DNA from: a virus
Lineage: Duplodnaviria > Caudoviricetes
Reading direction: 5' to 3' (one strand)
Virus record (IMG/VR): IMGVR_UViG_3300008259_002461
DNA length: 64,000 nucleotides
The translations under genes were made by a program, and so were the position numbers. Each line of letters opens with the position of its first letter. Positions within the stretch are counted from its first letter, which is position 1. Of this stretch, positions 56,780-64,000 are shown piece by piece. The notes below the pieces were generated by a model. That model was given only the letters and a program-made list of their open reading frames with translations. It had not been told where the DNA came from and did not search any database.

Positions 56780-58031
56780 AGATTTTAATAATTTTTGTGT
56801 AGCACCCTGGATGCACTTGCACGTCATCAACGACGGTAGAGCTTTTGCATGTTGTCAAACCCCATTAAAAAACGAAAATAGTTTTGGAAATGTAAAAACT
56901 CAAAAACTTATAGAAATTGTTAATAGTGATCAAGCTAAAGTAATGAGGAAAAATATGCTTGAAGGCAAGCCTCTGCCTACTGCTTGTGAAAGATGTACTT
57001 CTAAAGAAGCTGTTGGACTTAATAGTATGCGAACAGGCTTTAATGATAGATGGTATGCAGAAATGCAACCGTTAATTGAACAAACAGATATAGACGGTGC
57101 CATTCCTTCATTGCAATTAAAATACTGGGATTTTAGATTTAGTAACTATTGTAATCTAGCTTGCACAACATGTTCACCACTGTTTAGTACACAGTGGGCA
57201 TCTGATTGGATTAAACTACATCCTGGATACGACAAATATTCTGAAACAAGATTAATTGATTTAGAAAAAGCAGATTTATTTTGGGACGACATTGCACAAA
57301 ATTTAGATACAATGAAGCAGATACATTTTGCAGGTGGCGAACCACTAATGATGCCTGAACATTGGAAAATTTTAAAACTACTTGATGAACGTAAAAAATA
57401 TGACATTGAATTAAGATACAGTACCAATGGGACCACGTTAGGTAGAGATAAAGACAATGTATTAGATTATTGGAAAAAATTTAAACATGTACATTTAAGT
57501 TTGAGCATCGATGGCGAAGGTGATGCATTTGAATATATCAGATATAAAGGTAACTGGAAATCTACATTTGAAAATTTAAAACGTATACGAGAAAGCGGAG
57601 TAGTTGATTATTGGTTTCATCCTACAGTGAGTATATTAAATATATTTAGATTAACAGAATTGCATGAAGTTTTACATAAAGCAGATCTTATGCCTTTAAA
57701 ATCAATACACAAGCACATGGGCTTCAACATTGAAAATTATTGGGTTGATAGATTTCACCTGAATCCTTTGTTTACTCCTGATTATTATAGTATAACAGTT
57801 CTTCCTGCCCATTTAAAAGATCAAGCCGCTGAAAAAATAACAAAGTATGGCAAGAAGCTTGAGGCTGACACAGCAATACCTTTTAGCGGTTGGCAAAATA
57901 TTATTGATTTTATGTATAGTGAAGATCGCAGCATACTATTTGAAAAGTTTAAATGGAAATCGCAACAGATTGATACTATTCGAAACAATGATGTTTTTGC
58001 ATTTAATCCGGAGCTTATCAATGTTAAATAA
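56772..58031 (+). CDS. Radical SAM enzyme with an N-terminal twitch domain
   Basis: FCVAPW.HLHV..DG.AFACC...CERC, then CNLACTTC, FAGGEP and YSTNG. Start moved to ATG 56772. Confidence 0.9.
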   Translation: MNKDFNNFCVAPWMHLHVINDGRAFACCQTPLKNENSFGNVKTQKLIEIVNSDQAKVMRKNMLEGKPLPTACERCTSKEAVGLNSMRTGFNDRWYAEMQPLIEQTDIDGAIPSLQLKYWDFRFSNYCNLACTTCSPLFSTQWASDWIKLHPGYDKYSETRLIDLEKADLFWDDIAQNLDTMKQIHFAGGEPLMMPEHWKILKLLDERKKYDIELRYSTNGTTLGRDKDNVLDYWKKFKHVHLSLSIDGEGDAFEYIRYKGNWKSTFENLKRIRESGVVDYWFHPTVSILNIFRLTELHEVLHKADLMPLKSIHKHMGFNIENYWVDRFHLNPLFTPDYYSITVLPAHLKDQAAEKITKYGKKLEADTAIPFSGWQNIIDFMYSEDRSILFEKFKWKSQQIDTIRNNDVFAFNPELINVK

Positions 58032-58872
58032 AATAAAAAAATATATAAGAGGTTTAACTCTTGAAGAGTATATAAAATATGTAAAAACATCATCAAGTCA
58101 TGTTAATAGTATTGACGACCTTGCACAATTTGGTATTAAAAAATCAGTATGGTCTAAAGATGACTATGAGCGCGGCTATACAACTGTACTAGGTATGAAT
58201 TCAGCAGAGGAAAAAATAGTAAAACCTGGAGATTGGGAGTACGTTATCAATAGATACAATTTTAGAGAAATATGGGACTTTAATTCTCCTAGACCTAAAA
58301 TTGGATTTTTTGGTTGTAGTTTTACATTTGGTGAAGGTATAGAATATAAAGATACATTTGTTAGTATGGTTTCAAAGCAGTTTGACCTTAATTGTTTTAA
58401 TTTAGCTATAGGTGGATCTTCTTTACAAAGGGTGGCAAAAACGTTTAGTGCTGCCTCTAAAGTAATAGATCTTGATTATGCTGTGTTTACCTTGCCGCAA
58501 TGGCATAGACAAATGTATCTTGACGATCAAGGTAAAATTGTTAATCTTATACCCCAATGGCCGCATCAACAGTATGAAGAATTAAGTAATCAGCTTACTG
58601 CTTTAGACGAGGAATATTATATAGTACAAGCAGTATCTTATGTAAACTGGATACATGATTTAGCAGAACATAAAAATATAAAAATAATTTTATGTTCTTG
58701 GGATTATCCACTAAACGATTTATGTGAGGTTATGTACCCTAATGAAACAATAAAACCTTTTCCTAATATTGATGATAAATGCGCTAGAGATAAAATGCAT
58801 CCTGGTATACGTTCTCAACATGCACATGCAGAGCAAATTAAAAGAGCAATATATGATAGAGCTTGGTTTTAG
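58021..58872 (+). CDS. SGNH/GDSL-like hydrolase (possible O-acyl esterase or transferase)
   Basis: GFFGCSFTFG (block I), NLAIGGSS (block II) and RDKMHPG (DxxH). Start moved to ATG 58021. Confidence 0.7.
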   Translation: MLNKIKKYIRGLTLEEYIKYVKTSSSHVNSIDDLAQFGIKKSVWSKDDYERGYTTVLGMNSAEEKIVKPGDWEYVINRYNFREIWDFNSPRPKIGFFGCSFTFGEGIEYKDTFVSMVSKQFDLNCFNLAIGGSSLQRVAKTFSAASKVIDLDYAVFTLPQWHRQMYLDDQGKIVNLIPQWPHQQYEELSNQLTALDEEYYIVQAVSYVNWIHDLAEHKNIKIILCSWDYPLNDLCEVMYPNETIKPFPNIDDKCARDKMHPGIRSQHAHAEQIKRAIYDRAWF

Positions 58873-59815
58873 AAATAAAGATAATCAAATAAAATATCTT
58901 CAGATTAAACCTGATGATACAGCATTGGCATCTGCATGGACTAAACAATTAGATCATTTATTACTAACACATAATAACAAAATATTTCAAAAGAATTTTA
59001 GTTTGTTAGGGTTTCATAACGATTGCAGAACGCGAGAACATATTTGTAATGATTTAGATAGGAGTATCCAAACAATAAATTATTATAAAGCATATAGAAT
59101 TAATGAAGATTTTAGTTCTTTAAGATACGAACACAATCAAGATCTTCTTAATGTTCTACATCATCATTTTGAAATAACACAAGGACAATTATGGAAACCA
59201 GGTACTGTTTTAGCTAAAGCTAATGGGGAAACAAGAAATGCAATATCTATGCTTAACCATTGTTGCCATGAATTAGAGGCATGGTATGAAACAGAAAAAA
59301 ATAGCCCTGAATGGACCAACGGATATTTTTATTATAATGTACTTGGAGTAACAGATCGTATTGAAATTCCTCTAGAAGAAAAACGAAATTTTACTAGAGA
59401 CATTACTGATGGTTTAGTTTATCTTCATTATGCGCAAACAGGCAAGACATGGTACGAAGCATATCTTGACAATGATAATATAGTAGAAGCAAATGGCATT
59501 TCAGAACACAGAATAATCAGCGGCGAGTTTAATTGTTACTTTGGAACAGGCTATGAATTGCCTATGGATGACAATTTTACAAAATGGTTAGAAGCAAGAG
59601 GAGTAGATCCTACAGACGAACAGCTTGCACTTGGTTATGCACCTGTGGGAAAAATTATTGATATGCCATATACTGAGGCAGTAGATTTTTTTAAAGAATA
59701 TACAGATTTTTACTCAATTGAATTTAATAAAAAACGCATAGAATACGACTACAGACATACTGATATTGGTTATTTTCCTATGTTAGAACGTATGTGGAGT
59801 AAATGGAATGGCTAA
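58853..59815 (+). CDS. Hypothetical protein
   Basis: Start moved to ATG 58853. Open and coupled to its neighbours, with no motif recognised. Confidence 0.65.
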   Translation: MIELGFRNKDNQIKYLQIKPDDTALASAWTKQLDHLLLTHNNKIFQKNFSLLGFHNDCRTREHICNDLDRSIQTINYYKAYRINEDFSSLRYEHNQDLLNVLHHHFEITQGQLWKPGTVLAKANGETRNAISMLNHCCHELEAWYETEKNSPEWTNGYFYYNVLGVTDRIEIPLEEKRNFTRDITDGLVYLHYAQTGKTWYEAYLDNDNIVEANGISEHRIISGEFNCYFGTGYELPMDDNFTKWLEARGVDPTDEQLALGYAPVGKIIDMPYTEAVDFFKEYTDFYSIEFNKKRIEYDYRHTDIGYFPMLERMWSKWNG

Positions 59816-60617
59816 TTTTATTAATGGTATATGGGAAAATGCTGGAAATGAATTTTGGAATATTAAGAAACCTGACGAAATATTAGGTATAGCTCGTGTG
59901 TCTAAACACATGTTAAGTTATTGGCCCAGAATTAAAAACTACGAAAACTACTTAATAAATTATTTTCAATACGGTATTAATAAAGAAGTAGAACCTACTA
60001 TATGGTTATCTCACACAGATCCTGTGTATAACAGATATCAAGAAGAAATTGAAGGATATGTAAAAGCAGTTTGGCTTACACATGGATTTTTTACTGAAGG
60101 CGGTCTAAGAAAGCCAGTTGGGGTTCATTGGAGTCCTGTGTCTCTTGACTGGAGAATACATCCGGGTGGAACAAGACAAGCAATTATAAAATATTTTGCA
60201 CCCGATGAAATAGATTGTCTTTGTTTTAATACAGGCGGTCAACCTATGCAATTTATAAAAGAATTTAACACAGTAGAAGAAATTGCTGAATATACTAATA
60301 GCTCTAAAGTTTTTTTAGTAGTTACAGATGAACGCGGTCATTATATACCGCATGTTCATTTAGATGGATTTACTATTAAACCTGCAATGGTCGAGACACA
60401 TGCACAGATGAAAAAGTTTTTTAGAAAAACTAAGATTGAAGCTAATTTTGATTTAGCTGAGTTAGGATATGATGAAACAAAAATATTAAAAACTGAAAAA
60501 AAACGCATAAAAATAACTATTGAAGATCAGTCTATGGATACAAAGGTAAAAGCAATGCTACTATTACCGTCGTTTAATAATTTTGAAGGACATGGAGTTA
60601 AAATTGAGCGTACCTAA
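59808..60617 (+). CDS. Hypothetical protein with a possible ParB/Srx-like motif
   Basis: GLRKPVGV......WRIHPGGTRQAI resembles the G...P..V......DG.hR pattern. Confidence 0.4.
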   Translation: MANFINGIWENAGNEFWNIKKPDEILGIARVSKHMLSYWPRIKNYENYLINYFQYGINKEVEPTIWLSHTDPVYNRYQEEIEGYVKAVWLTHGFFTEGGLRKPVGVHWSPVSLDWRIHPGGTRQAIIKYFAPDEIDCLCFNTGGQPMQFIKEFNTVEEIAEYTNSSKVFLVVTDERGHYIPHVHLDGFTIKPAMVETHAQMKKFFRKTKIEANFDLAELGYDETKILKTEKKRIKITIEDQSMDTKVKAMLLLPSFNNFEGHGVKIERT

Positions 60618-61587
60618 TCTAGAACGTGCAGTAGTTGAAGTTTTTGGGGGATGTAATTATACCTGTCAAATGTGTCCACAGACTGAAGGTAGAGGCAAGG
60701 CCTGGACACGTAAAATGCCACTTAATATGTTTGAAAATATATTAGATCAGTTACCAGGTAATCCAGTTATTAATCTTGAAGGTAGTGGCGAACCTACTCT
60801 TGCTAAAGATTTGCCTTTGTACATAGAAGCATGCACTAAACGAAATTTTCCTAGTTTTATGTATACTAATGGAAGTTTTTTCAGCGGTCATTTCATGCAA
60901 GATTGTGTAGACGCTGGACTAAGTTTTGCAAGATTTAGCTGTATTGGATACAATAAAGAAAAATATCGTGAGTGGATGAATGTTGATAATTTTGATTTAC
61001 TAAAGACCAATGTAATAAAGGCCAAAGAGTATATTAAAAAATCTAACAGCAAATGTATACTGTCTAGTTATCATTTGATATTAGATAATACGCAAATAGA
61101 TTACGAAGTTGAACAGTACCGTAATAATTTTATTGGCCCAACTGGAACGTTAGGATACATATGGAAAATGCACAACTGGAGTGGCAATTATACTCCTGTA
61201 TATTTTAGAGATCCTAAAAAACGTAGAACTTGTGGTAGACCATTTGCTCCTGAAATTACAATCCGAGCCGGTGGCAATAATGGTCTTACAGGCGCAGTTA
61301 CTTCGTGTTGTCAAACAATGGGTCCACCAAACGAAAGTTTAAGTGTGCTAGGACATGTAGAAACACAATCAATAGAAGAAATATGGAACGGAGAAGCATA
61401 CAATAAATTACGTGATGCACATGCTAACAAAAATTTTGATAGTATTGATTACTGTAAGAATTGTGATTTTTTATACGACGACCCCGAGGTGTTAGTTTGG
61501 AGTAACGACAAAGCAGCATCACTAGATCATATGCTTGGAACTAATTTTAGTCTTAAAGACTTTATGGTTGACAATACTTTAAAATAA
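60583..61587 (+). CDS. Radical SAM enzyme with a C-terminal SPASM/twitch domain
   Basis: CNYTCQMC, GSGEP and YTNG, then CGRPF...TSCC...CKNC. The true start may be TTG 60604. Confidence 0.9.
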   Translation: MKDMELKLSVPNLERAVVEVFGGCNYTCQMCPQTEGRGKAWTRKMPLNMFENILDQLPGNPVINLEGSGEPTLAKDLPLYIEACTKRNFPSFMYTNGSFFSGHFMQDCVDAGLSFARFSCIGYNKEKYREWMNVDNFDLLKTNVIKAKEYIKKSNSKCILSSYHLILDNTQIDYEVEQYRNNFIGPTGTLGYIWKMHNWSGNYTPVYFRDPKKRRTCGRPFAPEITIRAGGNNGLTGAVTSCCQTMGPPNESLSVLGHVETQSIEEIWNGEAYNKLRDAHANKNFDSIDYCKNCDFLYDDPEVLVWSNDKAASLDHMLGTNFSLKDFMVDNTLK

Positions 61588-61596
61588 TAGTATAAT
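61568..61596 (+). promoter_or_regulatory. Perfect sigma70 consensus promoter
   Basis: TTGACA, 17-nt spacer, TATAAT, ending 7 nt before ATG 61603. Confidence 0.8.
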
Positions 61597-61602
61597 AATA
61601 AT

Positions 61603-62286
61603 ATGTATGATATCATTTTTATTTCTTATCAAGAACCTTATGCAGACATTAATTGGGAAAGATTAAAGTCTAAATTTCCTACAGCTAAAAGAGTTCACGG
61701 AGTAAAAGGAATTCATCAAGCACACATCCAAGCGGCAAAATTGTGTTTTACAAAGATGTTTTGGGTCGTAGATGCTGATGCAGAAATAGTTGAAGATTTT
61801 AAATTTGATTATGTTGTTCCTGAATGGGATTTAGAAACAGTACATGTATGGCGCAGTATAAATCCTGTTAACGATTTAGTTTATGGTTACGGAGGTGTTA
61901 AACTACTTCCTCGTAAATTAACAATAAACATGGATACATCAAAAACTGATATGACAACAAGTATTAGTACGTTGTTTAAAGCAATGCCTGAAATATCTAA
62001 TATTACAGCATTTAATACTGATCCGTTTAATACGTGGAAAAGTGCATTTAGAGAATGTGTAAAATTATCAAGCAAAACAATCGATAGGCAAGACGATATA
62101 GAAACTCAGTTAAGACTAGAAGCGTGGTGTACATTAAATGAGTCAGCGCCATACGGCAAATATGCACATCTGGGAGCTATTGCTGGAAAATATTTTGGTT
62201 TGTTTTGGCAAAATGCACCTAGTGAATTAGCGAAGATAAATGACTTCGAATGGTTAAATGAACAATTTTCAAAAAATACCTTTTGA
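61603..62286 (+). CDS. Putative GT-A glycosyltransferase, paralog of 51808-52701
   Basis: DIIFISYQEP, AKRVHGVKGIHQAH, FWVVDADA, YGGVKLLP and TWKSAFRECVKL. Confidence 0.55.
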   Translation: MYDIIFISYQEPYADINWERLKSKFPTAKRVHGVKGIHQAHIQAAKLCFTKMFWVVDADAEIVEDFKFDYVVPEWDLETVHVWRSINPVNDLVYGYGGVKLLPRKLTINMDTSKTDMTTSISTLFKAMPEISNITAFNTDPFNTWKSAFRECVKLSSKTIDRQDDIETQLRLEAWCTLNESAPYGKYAHLGAIAGKYFGLFWQNAPSELAKINDFEWLNEQFSKNTF

Positions 62287-63244
62287 ACAAATAGTACGCT
62301 TTGGTCAAAAAACTTTATTAGATACTCGTCTTTTTACAGTATCGTGGATCCTTGCAAGATTCTGTAATTATAATTGTTCCTATTGCTGGCCCTATGCTAG
62401 GTCTGACAAACCAGATCATCAAGAATTAGAATTATACCTACGTACTATTGACAGTATAAAAGCTCAAGCTCGCGCAAATAATTTTCCAGATTTTCATTTT
62501 AGTTTTAGTGGCGGCGAACCTACTGCTTACAAACAATTTGATAAAATTATAGAACATTACTGTGCGGATAGTAATGCTTTGTATCAAAGCATCCACATGA
62601 CCACTAATTTATCCCCTGGCAGTAAATGGTGGAACAATTGGTTAACTACTACAGACTCTTTACAGCGAAGAAGTATTACAGCAAGTTATCATGCTGAGTT
62701 TGCAAAAGAGCAAGAGTTTGGCGACAAATGTTTATATCTTATAAACAATGGAGTATTTGTAACCATTAATCAAGTTATGGTTCCTAATCAGTTTGATGAC
62801 TTATATGCTAGATGTGAAAGATTTGCTGAACGAGGTATTAATGTTACTTTAAAACCTCAAAGTGACCCCACCGCAAGTTTTGTAATAAATGAATACACAA
62901 CGGATCAAATTGATAAAATGCAAATAGGGTTTCCGCAAGTGTGGCAAAGCGAAAATGTATCTCAAATTGAATTAGAGGATGCAACAGGTAATAAGTATTA
63001 TATAGATCAAGCTGAGCGATTCAATGCATTTGGATTTAATAAATTTAAAGGTTGGTTATGTAATGCAGGATATCAAGGAATAGTAATTCGAGAAAACGAA
63101 GTAAAGCGTAGCTATAGTTGTTACGAACAACCTTTAGGAACATTAGAGCATGGGTTTGATATTTTTAAATCAGCAAAACACTGTGTAACACCTAGTTGCG
63201 TTAGTAGCGCAGATAGCAAAATACCAAAGATGAAAAATGTATAA
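62258..63244 (+). CDS. Radical SAM enzyme with a C-terminal Cys cluster
   Basis: CNYNCSYC, FSGGEP and MTTN, then CNAG...SC...C..PSC. Confidence 0.9.
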   Translation: MNNFQKIPFEQIVRFGQKTLLDTRLFTVSWILARFCNYNCSYCWPYARSDKPDHQELELYLRTIDSIKAQARANNFPDFHFSFSGGEPTAYKQFDKIIEHYCADSNALYQSIHMTTNLSPGSKWWNNWLTTTDSLQRRSITASYHAEFAKEQEFGDKCLYLINNGVFVTINQVMVPNQFDDLYARCERFAERGINVTLKPQSDPTASFVINEYTTDQIDKMQIGFPQVWQSENVSQIELEDATGNKYYIDQAERFNAFGFNKFKGWLCNAGYQGIVIRENEVKRSYSCYEQPLGTLEHGFDIFKSAKHCVTPSCVSSADSKIPKMKNV

Positions 63245-64000
63245 ATTAGAAGATATACGAGACATACACTTAGAAATTACCAGCAAGTGCCAGGCTCGTT
63301 GTCCTATGTGTCCTCGAAGGATAAACGGCGGTGTAATTAATCCGTTAATTAAATTAGATGAAATTAATCTAGACAAATTTAAGTCTTGGTTTCCTGACTC
63401 ATTTATTAAACAACTAGATAGTTTGTTTATGTGTGGTAACTTAGGTGATCCTATTATTGCTAAAGACTGTTTAGAAATCTTTGAATATCTTAGAACAGTA
63501 AATCCTTTAATACAATTATCAATGCACACAAACGGTAGTGCAAGAGATAAATCATGGTGGCAAGGTCTAGCCCGTGCAAATGTTCGAACAGTATTTGGTA
63601 TAGACGGGTTAGAAGACACTCATAATTTGTATCGAATTAACACAGACTTTGATAAGATAATTGACAATGCTTATGACTTTATACAAGCTGGTGGATATGC
63701 TGAATGGCATATGTTAGTGTTTGATCATAACGAGCATCAAATAGAAAAATGTAAAAAACTAAGCGAAGAGCTTGGATTTAAAAAATTTCAAATTAAACAT
63801 ACTACTAGATTTGAAAAAGGTAAATTCAATGTACTTGACGATGTAGGTAAAACTACACATATCTTATACCCTACACAAAAAAGCAAAGATATGATGAGTA
63901 AGGTAACTGGTTACATTACAGATGTTAAACCAGAGATAAAATGTAAAGCACAGAAGAACAAAAATTTCTATGTATCCTCGTGTGGTAAAATTACTCCGTG
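63237..64000 (+). CDS. Radical SAM enzyme (partial; runs off the window end; absent from the ORF track)
   Basis: Manual translation MYKLEDIRDIHLEITSKCQARCPMCPR...MCGNLGDP...HTNGS...FGIDG...KCKA; overlaps the previous stop. Confidence 0.88.
   Translation, partial: MYKLEDIRDIHLEITSKCQARCPMCPRRINGGVINPLIKLDEINLDKFKSWFPDSFIKQLDSLFMCGNLGDPIIAKDCLEIFEYLRTVNPLIQLSMHTNGSARDKSWWQGLARANVRTVFGIDGLEDTHNLYRINTDFDKIIDNAYDFIQAGGYAEWHMLVFDHNEHQIEKCKKLSEELGFKKFQIKHTTRFEKGKFNVLDDVGKTTHILYPTQKSKDMMSKVTGYITDVKPEIKCKAQKNKNFYVSSCGKITP

Noticed and set aside
7918-63619. Remaining short ORF-track entries overlapping major genes (for example 7918-8220, 8374-8592, 11784-12977, 17491-17724, 41854-42555, 43203-44174, 57146-57457, 63170-63619)
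   Set aside because: Nested in or antisense to motif-bearing genes, with no independent motifs or initiation signals.
1-64000. Stop-codon reassignment, as seen in some jumbo phages
   Set aside because: Very long ORFs, including 5217 aa, are intact in the standard code, and TAA, TAG (3406, 11442) and TGA (51243, 54080) all act as stops at gene junctions.
1-64000. tRNA genes, CRISPR arrays, inteins and IS elements
   Set aside because: None seen by eye. gp46, gp47 and portal have ordinary lengths and there are no spaced direct repeats. tRNAscan and CRISPR finders were not run.

Overview
This window is the virion-morphogenesis region of a large, AT-rich, T4-superfamily myophage, read in the standard genetic code. 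Its oversized baseplate genes and gene order resemble the Rak2/GAP32-type jumbo phages, by my recollection rather than a search. Positions 1-8348 (minus strand) hold the head genes gp23 (partial), gp22, gp21, a gp67-like core protein and gp20 portal, a DUF115/Maf-like transferase inserted among them, and the tape measure. Next come a gp26-like tail chaperone with an apparent programmed -1 frameshift (8421-9478), a candidate internal head protein, and a ~500-nt structured non-coding region directly downstream of a minimal GIY-YIG nuclease. These are followed by gp46/gp47/gp55 and the plus-strand baseplate and fibre module (15406-48243, including a 5217-aa gp7-like protein). A sigma70-promoter-driven cluster of glycosyltransferase-like genes, an SDR epimerase, an SGNH hydrolase and six radical SAM enzymes runs from 48294 off the window end. 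The strongest leads are the GIY-YIG plus structured RNA pair, the frameshift signal in the gp26-like gene, and the radical SAM/glycan cluster. I saw no tRNA, rRNA or CRISPR array. All family calls come from motif recognition by eye; no searches were run.
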